Shown here: positions 40,921 to 54,400 of the stretch, one piece after another
Layout of the letters: each line of letters opens with the position of its first letter
Numbering within the stretch: position 1 is the first letter of the stretch
Assembly: GCA_000182565.2 (NCBI GenBank)
Contig: KQ257457.1
Source: Spizellomyces punctatus DAOM BR117
Taxonomy: Eukaryota
DNA length: 64,000 nucleotides
Reading direction: 5' to 3' (one strand)
Position numbers and translations under genes: made by a program
The notes under the pieces: generated by a model
What the model was told of the DNA's origin: nothing
Seen by the model: the letters and a program-made list of their open reading frames with translations, nothing else
Database searches by the model: none

Positions 40921-42364
40921 CTACGCAAACCCCGCCAGAACTGACTCCCAAACTGCAAGCTCTTTTTTAGCACCCTCCTTCTGGGCCTCCACATAAGAAT
41001 CCACAACCTCTCTCACTTCCACATCCAATTCCGAACAAAACCTCACATACTCGTCCTTTAACCGCTCACTAACAGTCCGAAATTGCGCTCGACATTCCCC
41101 TTCCTGTTGTTTGACCTCTTGCAGGTCTACCAATGCCGCGTCAACGCGCTCTTGTTTTATGCTAGAGGACGACCGGAGTCGGTCGAGTGACGCCAGTTTC
41201 TTTTGGGTGGCTTTGCAGGCCGCTTCATAGGATTGCAGGGTTGTGAGGCGATATGTTAGAGCTGCCTAGGTGCGCGTAAGGCAAAAGAGCGATCAACGAC
41301 TGCGTTATTGTAATCTTAGTATGAAATGACAGGCTATACCTGTGCAGCCTGCGTCTCCCGCATAAATGTCTTTGCATCAGCTGCAAATTGATGTGTCAGG
41401 TAGTTTGCCTTGAAATGGACTAGAGATTAGAACACCGTCTCCACACAACCTTGTTCAATATTCTGTCCGTACCTGGTCTACATGCGGCTTCTCGCTGGCA
41501 ATAAATCCTTTTCCCAATTTCCGGAGGGCACTGTGACGTCGATATAGGTTACTACAACATCAATCTAGTGATGGAAACCGTCCATCTACGGATACGGACT
41601 CACCCTCCGAGCCCTTTCCGATCTCCCACATCCAATTCCAAAAGCAGATTTCCAACCTCTAACGCCGTAGCTCCCATTTCTGGCATCAGAACGTAAAGGC
41701 GTCAGATGGTACTTCATCACGCCCAAAACGCACCGTGCAGTAAAATAGTGCACACACCTCTTTCAACTCTTCCTGCCTTCTCACCAACTCTCGCGCACAT
41801 CCCCAAAGCCGCCTCACATGCCCCAATCGATCCCTTGGCACTTTCAAAAAAGACATCAACCTCCTTCACATGGATACTTCCTCCCGAAAAAGCTCTCAAA
41901 AAACCGCTCTTTTTCGTCTGAAGTACACCGGAAGGTGCAAACTCAAACTCGCTCTCTACAAACGATACGACGGCATCAACGTCGCCAAAGCGGGCGGCGA
42001 TGCGGTTCAAAAAGGTTTGAATTCGGGATCTGAACAGAGGAACGGATTCTTTTGTCGGGAGGGTGGGCGGAAAGGGAGGAAGGCGGTCAGGGAAACGAGC
42101 TGTGAGATGGCCTGACAGACGCTCGAGTTCTGTGTAGCTTCTAGTGGGTGTTGAGTGATCCCTGGTGTACGGCGGTTTAGGTGTCTGTTAAAGAACTGTG
42201 AGCACTACGTTCTCTGGAAACACTCCATGGATACTCACGTCGGCGGATATGTGAAAGACGGGTATGCGCGGGTCGGTGAGGTCTACGGATGTCAGGACAA
42301 GCGTAAGGATGGGTTCGGGTGGTGAATCCGACATTGGTGCTGAGGCGATAGCAAAGTTACTCAT
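40921..42364 (-). CDS. VPS17: Retromer PX-BAR sorting nexin, Vps17-like (multi-exon; start at 42364 or 42334)
   Basis: PX-like RSYTELERL...FPDRLPPFPP...FVESEF; BAR helices ending LDRLRSSSSIKQERVDAAL...ELAVWESV. Confidence 0.7.
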
Positions 42365-42780
42365 GGTCTGTGATAACCTACTCCAGTCCAGCGGTCGTTC
42401 TATTTGACCTCACGCGTCACCAGGCTTTAGCTTGTACAGCTGCGAAGGGGACCATAAAAGGTAGACTTTTTGCTAGTCGCAGTAGATTGAATGCTGATTA
42501 TTGTTAGATAGTGCTTGCAGCTGCATTGCTTGCCTGGTGGAATTAGAAGCAGATTCGTTATGGTGACTTTTTCATTAGATATCGGACAATTTGTATGGTT
42601 TCCGATGAAAGGTTGAAACAACAGGCGGGTTCCACCTCGGAGAGATAAGCTCTTTCAGCGTGGATGCATGATGCTTGCGCATTAAAAAAAGCATACGCTT
42701 GCTACGCCGTGTCCAAAAACATGGTCTAAAACAATGAAATCTATAGGGCTTTGGGTACCCATAATAAAAACACCACTACA

Positions 42781-44515
42781 CTACAGTCCAGTTCCCATTC
42801 CACGAACGTCAAATCCCTCCTTCTTCAAATACGACTTGACTTGCTCGATAGGCACCTCCTCCCGATGAAAAATTCCAGCCGCCAGAGCAGCTTCTACACC
42901 CGTCTGATTAAAAACTTCTCCAAAATGTTCAACGCATCCTGCCCCACTCGACGCAATCACAGGGATCTTGACCGCCCGTTTTACATCAGCAACTAATTCC
43001 AGGTCGTACCCGGAATTCGTGCCATCCTTGTCCATGCAATTTAGCAAGACTTCACCGGCGCCCAGTGCTTCGCAGGCAGTAACGAGCTGGTACACGTCCA
43101 GATCGCGCCCCTCTCGCCCTCCCTTAACGGTACATTGGTACCAACAGTATTGTTCACCATTGGGTCCGGGGAATTTGGTGGGTATGACATGATGGGTGGG
43201 AGCATCTTGTGGTGAATCAACATAGACTCGACGAGGATCAACGGATATGACAACAGCCTGAGCACCATATACCCGCGCTATCTGTTCAATGGCTGTTTGA
43301 CCCGTCAACTGCCGACCGGATGCGTAGTACTGTTCGGCAGCGTAAACAGCGTCACTCCCAATCGAGACTTTATCAGCCCCAGATCGAAAGTATTCACCCG
43401 CAACTTGCAGAGCAGGAATGACTGTTCCATCTGGGTTAGTCAAATCTCTTATTCCGCCGCCGATGGTCAGTGGTACAAAAACGGACTCTGACGTGCGCTT
43501 GAGAACTTCGAGCATGGGAAGGTCGTGGAGGGGTATGTCACGGAATGCAGTGATGTTGAGGAAGGTAATTTCGTCCGCACCTTGTTCAAAGTACCTTCTG
43601 GCAAGTTCAACCGGTTTTCCAAGATTTCGGACGTCCGCACCCTCCGTGGCTCGCTCTCGCACATCGTATTGATCGCCCTTTGTCACCACAAGATCGCCTT
43701 TATCGTTCGCACGCACATCGAGGCAGGCAATGATACGTCGAGTGAGGTGATCCTTTGGAATTATTGATGAAGCATCCGCATGAGGCTGTGTCGAGTTTGC
43801 GAGGCCGTTGCCTTGTGGATTGTACGACAAGAATGATCTCAAAACTTTTAACCCGGCCCACCCACTTTTTTCAGGATGGAATTGTGTTGCAAACACATTC
43901 CCCTTCCTTACAGCAGAGACAAATGTCTCATCTCCGTAGGTTGTCGTAGAAAATGTCCAATCCTGTATCGCTTTCGAGGCAGGGACTGCGAACGAATGGA
44001 CAAAATAGTATCTCGTGTCTTCGTCCCCGTCATGGTTCAGCTCCGCCAATCCACTATTTGGCTGAGCGAGAGCAGCACTGTTCCAACCCATGTGAGGTAC
44101 AGATTTTGTGGCTGGGTTAAATTTCTTGACGGTGGATGGTATGAGTCCTAGACCTTTCACATTCGGCGACTCGTCGGAACCTTCAAACAAGCACTGCATT
44201 CCAACGCAAATACCCATAAAGGGTCGGCCGGATTCAATGTATTCTTTGAGTGCCTTGTCGTATCCTGTTGTATGTAATCGGACCATAGCGGCGCCGAATG
44301 CTCCAACACCCGGGAATATGAGTTTCTGTACAAAAACAAGCGTTTTAGTGACTTCTGGCCAAGGACATGTAGCTGCTACTTAAAGAATATTCTACCTCAG
44401 CTTTCAGCAGATCCTGTGGTGACTCAACATGCTTAATTTCATATCCAAGTTTGTTCACTGCATTCACAAGGGATCTAACATTTCCCGCTCCATAGTCGAG
44501 GAGGTAGACGCCCAT
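42781..44515 (-). CDS. HIS7: Imidazole glycerol phosphate synthase, fused HisH-HisF (one intron, about 44327-44395)
   Basis: [82 protein letters not shown]. Confidence 0.97.
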
Positions 44516-44697
44516 GCTGAGATGTCGCGGGCAGACAGAACGGAAGTGCTTTGACGGATCTGAATATCTAGGCTAAAACCTCTGCGCACCGTACAGAATG
44601 ATGACCGGTCAAGAAGTGGGCCAAGTCGACAAATGTCCGTTTGGAATGTAAGGTCGGTTGATATATCTAATGCCAGAGATGGGAGTTGAGTGGTGTC

Positions 44698-44714
44698 TGA
44701 CTCACATCAGTCAT
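44698..44714. promoter_or_regulatory. Gcn4/CpcA-type TGACTCA element upstream of HIS7
   Basis: TGACTCA at 44698-44704 and a variant CAGTCAT (ATGACTG on the minus strand) at 44708-44714, about 185 bp upstream of the HIS7 ATG. Confidence 0.55.
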
Positions 44715-45604
44715 CTTGTTACCGTGACAACGGTCATTGATCTATTGGAAATAAGCATTATTCGACGTCGAAACCTCCAAAGGCGAACAGCACCTGCTGT
44801 CGTATGGTATAAACATAGAGATGTGATGCCAGACAAAATATATTCTCAAAGGTACAAAGACATGCGCACAAGAACACATGCGAAACGCCATCGACCTCTG
44901 CGAACATTCGTTCACAATGATGATGTTTTGCTCAAATCGCTCGATACCTTTTCATGGACTGGGCTGGCTCTGTAGACAAGCAGCAATACAGCACCGAGAC
45001 TTGCTTCATCTGCAGTACAGCTTCGTGGTCTCCACTACTCATATGGCGTCGCGTTAGATTCGGAAGGCCTCATGCCAGGCTTGTAATCTAAATCTCATGA
45101 TAAAACATGCAAATCAATAACGGTACTCCAAAATATATTTCCAATACAAACGTGCTATCTTACACGGATAAGACCTAAACAGCCTCTCGCGCAGGGCAGC
45201 AGGTCAATCCACTGTGAATCTCAGTGCGTCAGTTGCGTAAAATAAGTTAGAAATGCATTCTTTATGAGGGACGCCTGGGGTTGTAGTATATATGTAAATC
45301 TTAAAAAAATGAGGGAAAGAACAGGCTGGAGTTTACATTTGGTGACAAAATATCCTGAAATTTGCTGTGATGTGAGCGGATACGACCCGCTGCATCATGT
45401 ACGTGCTCCTTCCTCCACAACGAGCTAAATTAAGCCGCATTTAGATGCTTGAACTGTCACTCAGCGTCCCTGAAGAAGGTAGCACGCTTCCGCGCACAAG
45501 AAAGGATAGGGTGAGACGTTAACATGGCAGCTACGGTCACTGCCATGGATATACGAGATGGTCGTATTGATGAATGAAAAAGATCTGCCTGCTTGTTAGA
45601 CATT

Positions 45605-47984
45605 ATGGAGGTTTTGAGGGTATGGAAGCAGGCGGAAGTTTGGTTGATTTTCAAGGACGAGCAGCAAACTTATCCTCGAGATACGGTGCTAGGCAGAATT
45701 ATTGCGATTGACGATCCGCTCGATGCATCATTGCAGAATGGAGGACCTGGCTTGGGCAATCGAAAGATCTTCAAGGGCAAACGCGCGACTAAGCCGTGGC
45801 TCAACCTATTTGTGGGCTGCGGAACAAGATGCAGGATACACTTTTGAGGATCATCCCTTACGAGTTCAGAGCAAAACATAACCTATCTAAAAATACCCAT
45901 TAATAACTGCAAATAGGTACCTCAAAGTAGGTGTACCTCTGCGTCATCCGCTTTCAATCTACGGCACCCAGCACATACCAATGCGTACCCCGGATCTGCT
46001 CTCCCGTCTTCAAGAAGACTCTGAAAATGACTCTCCTATGTTGGAAACGCGCAAGGTTGGGGTTGGAGTGGATGCGCAACATAGTCTACTTCGCCGGCCC
46101 CCAGTGGTCGAGAAGCATATTAGACCAGGGTCTGCAAGGCTAGGGAGCAAACCTGTCGGAAAGGAAGGCACACCGCTAGAGTCCACGCCATCATCGTCTT
46201 TGGGGGCAACACCAGCTTCCTCCACGGGAAGGCTAACCACACGCTTAACAACCAAGTCAGACTTTTCCGATTCCAATTCCAAATTGAGATCGTCCACCCC
46301 ACGTCTGATTTCCGAGACGAAATCAGTTTCGAAATCCAAGTCGCAATCTCTGACCAAAATTGGACGACGAAAGTCGGCCCCCAAGTCAGCACGTACAGGG
46401 AGTGCTGGTAGAAGAGCAGATAGTGCCATTGCCATCAGTAGCAGAGGAGCTGGAACCCGACCAGGATCAGGCCTCTCCGTTGGCAAAGGGAGTGGGCGGC
46501 CCGGAAGTGCCATGCGCTTATCTGCAAGAGGTGCCACTACAACACCGGGGACACTACCACTCTTGCCGGGGAAGTCGAAGGGGAAGAAACAGACGGAGAT
46601 CGTGACAAAGCCATTAACTCAAAAGGAGCGAGGACTGTTGGATGCCTGTGAGGGTGACGATCTAGATGCGGTTAGTTGCCTACCCTGGAGGACGGTGACG
46701 ATTTGTGAATTGTTTCATAATAGGACATTGGACTTTCCAGGTTTACAAAAGCTTATGGCAGAATCCAGACATCAACTGCCGCAAGCCCGTATTTGGGTCA
46801 AGGTAAGGCTCTTGAATAAATATGTATATGAGGTCAGATACTCAGAAAATCGCAATCGGATTAGTCCGCTCGCCGTCGCCTGTCGAAAGGGTAACCGTCA
46901 TGTTGCCTCCATTCTCTTGTCATTTGGAGCAGACCTTAACATATCAGACGAGTATGGTGTGACCCCCCTGCACTGGTTCGTCTAGATCGAATCACGTTTT
47001 ACACCTGTTCGAAACACTTATCTTGATATCGCAGGGCTGCAAACTCTGGTGATGCATCACTCGTTACTCTTCTTCTCCGCAAAGCTGTTTCAACCGGAAC
47101 TTTAGCTTCCACGTTAGCTGCAACGTCTCCTATCCAAGCTCCATCGGGAGATGCACCGGGTCTTCTCAGTCGTAAGGATTTGTTTGGATCCACAGCGCTA
47201 CATTTTGCTAGCGTCAATAATCTTACGGGAGTTGCAAGAGCTTTGGTGAGTAACGATCACAAAACATATCCAAAATGTCATTTTTTATATGACCACGAAA
47301 CAGGTGGCAGCGGGCTGTGATCCAACGGCGACAAATAATGATGGACGCAGGGCCAGCGAGCTGACATCGGACGAGGAACTGCGACTGTATCTACAAGGTA
47401 AGCTTCAGTTTTTAAACATCGTAGGCCTGGTTGAGAATCTTATTCCGCTACATGCAGACGAAGAGCATCGTATTCAAAAGATGCAATCCGCTGCTCTACG
47501 TGCCGCACGTCGAGCAGCAGCTGCGTCCGCGACCTCTGGCGGGTCACCACGCAGACCGGGTACTCGGCCAGGAACTTCCAAATCCATCTCTCGGCCCACA
47601 ACAGCACAGTCCACTCCCAATCTTTCGAAATCTAACACTAAGAAATCTACCGGCCGCTCCTCCTCTACATTAGTGAAGACCGCTAGCCGACCCAGCCGAC
47701 CCACTACGGCCCTGCCCCGTTCCACGAGCGTAAAAAGCGGTCTATCGACAAGTAAAAGCAAAGACAAATCCAGGGAGTCCATCCCCGCTGAAGATGTTCT
47801 TACTGCCGAAGAAGTGGTTGTTGTTTCAACAACGCCTGTAGCGCCCGAACCCGCGCAACAGCCGGTCGCTGAAATGGAAAATGAAGAATCTGTAGTCGTG
47901 ATGAAGCAGACTAGTGGTCCGCGAGGGTTCATGTCGGCGGTACAATCGGGAACAAAGGGCGTTGGCGTGGGAATGAGTGCTTAA
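45605..47984 (+). CDS. Ankyrin-repeat protein flanked by basic S/R/T-rich disordered regions (multi-exon; 5' exons uncertain)
   Basis: LLDACEGDDL, SPLAVACRKGNRHVASILLSFGADLNISDEYGVTPLHW|AANSG, DLFGSTALHFASV, AGCDPTATNNDGRRASEL; recurrent RPGS/RPGT/RPTTA motifs. Confidence 0.8.
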
Positions 47985-48890
47985 AATGGGGCGGCGACGC
48001 CAATGGTATATTTATTCAGACTTGTGAATATCTTCTTTTTTTTCAATATAATTGCAGCATTATCCTACTTGCTTCCCAATTTCTGCGGTGCACATGCAAT
48101 CATTTCAAGTGCTTTTCTCTAGGGACAGCCACCAAGGGGTTCAGACTAGCAAGATTTGGTAAATCCATCTTCCGATGATACGACCAGCCGGAAATTATCA
48201 CACGCTCTCCAACAGTATAGCATTTGCATACAAGGAATGCTGCTTCTGGCAGTTAGCGGGAAAAGCTACGACTGAATTGGCGGTAGCGGCATCGTGTACG
48301 TTCAATAAGTGTCGCTGTAAATTATTCGACCAGTGGAACACTCTGTCCCCGAAGGGACAAAATGGACAAGCTGCCCATCATCACCACAGACCGACACGTC
48401 GCCTCCACTGATGGCGGGCGCTTCGCTCTCACCTCATAAGTCTCAAGAGTACGGAGGAGATGATAAACACCCATCCAATCGGGTCAATATACAACTAGAT
48501 GTTTCTTTGCTGCAAAAATTCGAACGTCACCATAGGCAGGCGAGCCATAGCACCCAAACGGACATAGCAAACGGGAGAGCAATCAGTGCGTTCCCGTTGG
48601 CACTGGGACGTATGCGGATATATGGCATTCCGGCCAGGTCAGGAAGTCGCCATCACCATGTACTTTCGAGTGATTGAATAGGCAACCGCAAGGGACAACT
48701 GTAATTATGCAGAAACAGGTTCATATCCGTATATTACTGCCCAGCATATAACAGGAATGGGTGAGTGGACCGTCATTGGTCCGAGGGTAGCAGGTAAGCG
48801 ATCATGGGCGTATATGGCAACAATCCAAAACAACGCACGACAGTCTGCAAAGTGTCTATTTATCCAAAAACATAGCTTACAGCGATCCGT

Positions 48891-49635
48891 TCAATATGGC
48901 TTAGAGTCCTCCTTTCGCTTCTTCTTCTTTGCACCCTTCTTCATAAACTGTCTCCAATTCCCCACCCTCTCTTCCCTTGTCTCCTCCCACAATTTGTCGT
49001 GTTCTTGTTTTTGCTTCCTTTCCTGCAACTTTTGCTCTGCCTCTGCGGCACGTCTATCAAACTCGTTTTTCATGCGCATCTTGATCCTACTCTCATCATC
49101 AGCAAACATTCGTCGTGTCTCCATCCGAATCGCGGCGATCAGTTCCTTATCATTCATCAATGTTTTCCATCTTTCTTCTGTCACTACAACGGGCCCCTTG
49201 ATACCGCGCTTCTGAAATATGCCATCCCGCGCATCCGTCACAAACCCGATAAGAGTTTTTCGTTTTTCCTCATCCATTAGCTCACTCTCGGCCTTTTTGA
49301 GTATTTCGAATGTCTCTTGTGCACGGGGATGCTTGCATTTGTCGGGGTGGAGAAGGAGGGATCGCTTCCGGTACGAGACCTTGACTGCACGGTCATCTAC
49401 TTGAAGAGTTATGAAAACGGAAGGGGGATGGTCAAGGATCTCGAGCGGGTTGCGGGTTTGGGCGTGGAGCTTTAGGATCCGGTCGACCTCTTGATCTTGG
49501 TTGAAGCTGTTTGCCTATGAAATTCGTGGAGAGTGAGAGTTAGACTCTGGCAAAAGCATTGTCAGCTGAGTCCAAATAGACCCTTACCTCAAGACGTAGG
49601 TACTTGTCCACGTCAAAGTCGTCGTCGTCGGCCAT
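48891..49635 (-). CDS. J-domain protein, DNAJC8/Spf31-like (2 exons)
   Basis: QEVDRIL...NPLEIL...SYRKRSLLLHPDKCKHPRAQETFEILKKA; C-terminal WEETREERVGNWRQF typical of DNAJC8. Confidence 0.88.
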
Positions 49636-50527
49636 GGTGTTAATTGCTGCTGGAATCTGGTGCGTAACAGTGCATGTCTCAACCAATAGGAGACACTGGA
49701 ACCGGTTATCTCTGGTAATCAATTGGATTGGTTTACTTAAGCGATCGTATCGTCGTGTTGGCTAACAAGCAATGCTGTTTTGTTTTTGTAGTTGAACTCA
49801 GTCATCATTCTATTGTTTGAATCACTAATTCCTGAGTCAACCTGACAACAGATGTATTTATGAGAAAAGGCGGTCTGTCAGCTACTAGCGCCTTGCACAG
49901 ATTCTCCAAATCGTCAAAAATAAAGCAGCCGAATTCCTTGTACTATCACCGTTCAAGCCAAGCACTACATGGATACGCTACAGTCGAGCATCCTTCACAA
50001 ACGGTATGCTTTGTTGCAGTACTAGTCCATATGAAAATGTTTTGTGCAGGATAAGCAGTTGCTTGGAGCGCACAGTTATACCTCCACCTTGCTTAGTGTT
50101 AGTGTTGTTCAGGGTATGCTACAGAGACTACACCAGTTGGCGGTGGAGACTCTGGGTCGGTCACAATGCGGCGGCTAGGCATATCGTGTATGTGGTTGTG
50201 CGAGTCGGGCTGAGAAAAGCGCGCGACAATGAGCAGCCGCCCTATGCACCCAGACGCACCCAGACCCTATCATTGTCTTCCATCTCGTCGTTCTTTTAAG
50301 ATAGCCGCAGCGTATTCACTTTTTCTTTGTCATCTTTAATGTCATCCTTTCGTCGATCTGATAACACTAATGATCAGGTCGGCGGCGCCACACTGCGCCA
50401 TACTGTCAGGAGACCTTCGCGCTCGTGGTGCTGGTTCATGTCGCTTTCCACCTCTGTTTTGTGCGGCCCGTTCCAGCAAACGCCCACTGTTTCTCGCTAG
50501 TCCCGGCAGCCGGACGACAGACGTTTT

Positions 50528-52408
50528 ATGCCGCTATCCGTCCACCCTACGTCTGCAACAAGCTACGTGGCTGTATCCAGTTCAAGCGTTGACGCGGACA
50601 CCTCACACACACAACTACTCCCGTCTTCATTGCACAGCGCACCACGCCCCCGTAGCAGGACAGAAGTTAAATCTCCCCCTTCACCGTATGTAGTTGCACT
50701 GTGTTCCTGTGCCGCGCTTGGCGGGTTCCTTTCCGGCTATGATGCAGGGATAATCAGCGGAGCAACGCTATTCATATCGGATGCATTCCAATTGACTCAT
50801 TTTGAAATCGAAATTATCGTCAGCGGCGTCATTGCCGGTGCAGTGATAGGGGCGCTTTTCGCTGGGATTTTGACCGACAAATGGGGCCGCAAGCCTGTCA
50901 TACTAGCAGCGGCTGTTGTCTTTGTTTTGGGGGCAGCCATGATGGGACTTGCCCAAAGTTTCGGTATGTTACTCCTGGGACGGCTCGTAGCAGGAGTTGG
51001 CGTAGGGCTGTCGGGCGGTGTGGTTCCTGTCTACGTTTCGGAAATTGCTCCCGCAGATATTCGTGGAGCCCTAGTGAGCCTGAACGTCTTCTTCATCACA
51101 CTTGGGCAGCTTGTGAGTTATTTGACCGCGTATTCGCTCAGCCGTCCTCCAACAAATGAGAATAATTGGAGATGGATGTTTGGGCTTGCTGCCTTGCCCG
51201 CGATTGTCCAAATGGCTGGAATAGCATACTTACCCGAAAGTCCACGATACCTGGTGCAAACGGGGCGTAGCAAAGAGGCCTTGGACGTCCTAATGCTCGT
51301 GAGGCAATCGTCATGCACCCGAGAGGAGCTGGAGGATGAAGTAGATGCGATACAGCAGAGCTTGAATAGAGCAGTTGATACAGTCAAATGGCAAGATTTA
51401 TTTCTTGTGGACGGTTACAGAAGGGCAATGATTGTTGCCATTGGCCTTCAAGCTTTGCAACAATTATCAGGGTGGGTTTAGTCTCTTTTTCTCTTTGTAA
51501 CATATTTCGGCCCTTCATTCTAATTTTTTGTATCCCTTGAAACAAGGATAAACACCATCATGTATTATAGCGCTACCATTCTGACGATGGCAGGATTCCC
51601 TACTAAGGAGAGTGCTATTCTCTTTTCGAGCTTCATTGCTCTCGCCAATTGCCTCGCAACAGGTCTGGTCCGTAGCGATTTTGAAAAGATGCTACCATGT
51701 TGACAGATTAGCTATTTTAGTGTTGTCTATGCAACTCATCGACCGGACAGGACGGCGACCATTACTGCTGAGAACTCTGATCGGAGCAATAGTTGGGCTG
51801 GTAATTCTCTCTGTATCATTTCGAACGCCTTCCGGGAATGACGAGGAACACTTGCGAAATTCGGATGGTGCGGTCTCATGGGGGAGCTGGATATCGCTCA
51901 GCAGTTTAGTGTTTTATGTTGCATTCTATGCAACGGGGTTAGGTGCGTGGCCTGCTATCAAAGGCCATCCGTTGTCTCAATGTCCTGAATGACCTTCATT
52001 TAGGATGTGTACCATGGACCGTCATGTCCGAAATTCTTCCCCAGCAAATACGCGGAAAGGGGTCGGGTATTGCCATTGCCTTCAATTGGGTGCGTAAGAT
52101 AAAGAAAGCCATGAGATGAAACCGTGCTAACGGTGCCGCTGCCGCTACATGTTTAACATGCAGCTCTGCAATTTTATCGTATCGATGACATTCCTGAGCC
52201 TAACAAACATCATTTCCCCTGGAGGTTGGTGTATCCTTTCTTTGCATGCATTTACGAGGTTGTACGCACTCATACTTGTTGTCTGCTTTTAGGTACCTTC
52301 ATGCTCTATGCTCTGATTGTATGTGCCGGATGGATATTTGTGTACATGCGCGTTCCCGAGACAAAAGGGAGGAGCTTAGAGTATATTGAAGCGACAACTG
52401 CGACATGA
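50528..52408 (+). CDS. MFS sugar porter, myo-inositol transporter-like (multi-exon)
   Basis: GGFLSGYDAGIISGA, DKWGRK, YVSEIAP..IRG, WRWMFG, LPESPRYL, LQQLSG|INTIMYYS, DRTGRR, VPWTVMSE, VPETKG. Confidence 0.9.
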
Positions 52409-53251
52409 TCAGCTTGTCCTCCCCAGCGCAGCGAGCGTAGGTAGACTGCAATGTCTAAGGACAGCTGCGCGCCCAAGCATGTTACATTCAAAAAAAGTCA
52501 GAAGACGGAAGCGTCTTCTTTCGGACCAAATCTATTATGCTACCCGCTCCGATTCACCACAACACGGCGACTATTGTTTTCGCTTATGCAGCTACATGAT
52601 TTAACGTGTGGAAGATGTTAGTTGTCGATAGGTGGAAATCTGTTGAGATGCACAGTGCTATTTTAGCTAGTTTAATAGAGAGAGTTATTTCATTTTTGCA
52701 GTCAGATCGGCATATTTGGTGCAGCTCGCCGTGGAGAAGCGGGACAGGCTGTATCGGCGGAAATTGGCGTTACTAGAAGGCGTAAACAAAAGATGGCGAA
52801 ATGCGTCTAAACTGTGAATATACTGGAGACAAAAGCTATCGATGTAGAGCACAGAATTCTGGCTGGTTCGTCTTCATTAGCATCATCATGCCTCAGCACC
52901 AAAGCTGAGAGGAAGCCATTTTACCAGTGGCGCTGCCAAAGATCCCATTCTGGCGGACATAAAGCCTAAATCCCCGCACTCTGAATAAGCACTTGTTTTG
53001 ATTTGAGTTTTAGTGATCGCCTCATGCAAAGGGGTTAGATTTACATTGCCCGAGGTAAAATAAACCTTTTATTACATAATGCCCTTCTTTTCTAGCGGCC
53101 TGATACTTTTTACAACTAGAAAGGTTTTAAGCATTTTCCTGATCATAAAGAATTGGACGGTTCACCACTTCTGTTACATCCAGGACTTTCGATCGACAAA
53201 AAGATCAGTCCTGAATTCAATCGACAAAAAGATTACCCTCCCTTCATTTTA

Positions 53252-53323
53252 CGAGCCAGCCAGGGATCGAACCTGGGACCGCTCCCTCCGGAGGGGAGAA
53301 TGCAGCCACTACACCACAAGCCC
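53252..53323 (-). tRNA. tRNA-Arg(CCG)
   Basis: Reverse complement GGGCTTGTGGTGTAGTGGCTGCATTCTCCCCTCCGGAGGGAGCGGTCCCAGGTTCGATCCCTGGCTGGCTCG. Anticodon arm CTCCC-CTCCGGA-GGGAG and T arm CCAGG-TTCGATC-CCTGG are perfect; T-run terminators follow. Confidence 0.88.
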
Positions 53324-54400
53324 ATAATGGATTGGATGACGCGGTGTAAAGCTTAACCACAGAAACATGAGCAGTCGGACAGCTTTGCCTGCTTCAGCTT
53401 TTACAGTGATGTATCTTGGAACCATAACGCACGAAATAATGAGTATATGCATCATAGTAGCTTACATCTGGATTCCTGGATCTTGTTGTGCTCCATAGCT
53501 GTATATTCTAGCTGAGCTGTCTATCGCAGTGTTTCCATTGGTAGAAGATGCGAGTGCCCAGTCGCCACAACAATATCCCTTGACAAATCGGTGGGTGACT
53601 GACATGTCAGAAATCGGGCCACATGAGGGTAGAATATACAATCATTTTTTTTGCCGCTCGTTCCAGACTCGTTGTCATTCCATCCTCTTCAGATGAGCAT
53701 GTTACAGGTAACGAGGGCAGGAGTGCGCAAACACGTTCACCATTCCGCATCAATATTTTCGCTTGCTTAACTAGCCATAATGGTCAAGGCGCGACGCTTT
53801 CGTTTACCTTCACTCACACGAACGGCAAGTTACTGGTCACATCATAGCCAAGTCGCTGTAGCCAGAAGATCACCAATATTAGAGAATGTCGATCCGGAAT
53901 GAGGATTTTCTTTTTGCGGCCGCTTAAGTGACTGAATGCCATATTCCATTCCCATAGCACGAGGTGCCAGTGATTATGATGTCCAGACATGCTGAGTAAC
54001 AAAAACAAGATAGGCTGAACATGTGGGGTTACTCCGACGCCGATCAATGGTGTATCATACAACGCCTTCATCAAGTCGTTTTAACCAATTTGGACGATTG
54101 CTTACTACAAGAATCATACATGTGTCCATATGGCGGCGGTACGAGCTCTGCCAGCATTCGTTTACATCGTTTTGGTGGTCAAAGTCATCACGCTCTCGGC
54201 CAGTTTTCACGGTTGCTGGCACAAACTTCACCTCCTTATCTGCGCTGTTTCCACCCCTCGCCCGATCATTAATTGTGGGGTGTGATTGGTGTGCAGCACA
54301 CTTCTGCGCCACAGCAAGCCACACTGTCATGAGACATCTTCCAGCTTTCGCTGCTTGAAACGACGCTGTCAAAGCTATCCTCAGATTGTAGAGTATTTTA

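Noticed and set aside
48344-48359. TGTCCC-TTCG-GGGACA hairpin (minus strand) in an intergenic region
   Set aside because: Isolated 6-bp stem with no snRNA, snoRNA or SRP motifs around it.
51223-51234. ATACTTACC, resembling the U1 snRNA 5' end
   Set aside because: Lies inside a transporter exon (AYLP) with no further U1 structure.
52231-52238. GTATCCTT, a U12-type 5' splice consensus, in the last transporter intron
   Set aside because: The GT six bases upstream (52225) gives the family-typical PGGTF junction, and no U12 branch point is visible.
53193-53233. Direct repeat TCGACAAAAAGAT beside the tRNA-Arg gene
   Set aside because: Explained as duplicated Pol III T-run terminator sequence, not an att site or target-site duplication.
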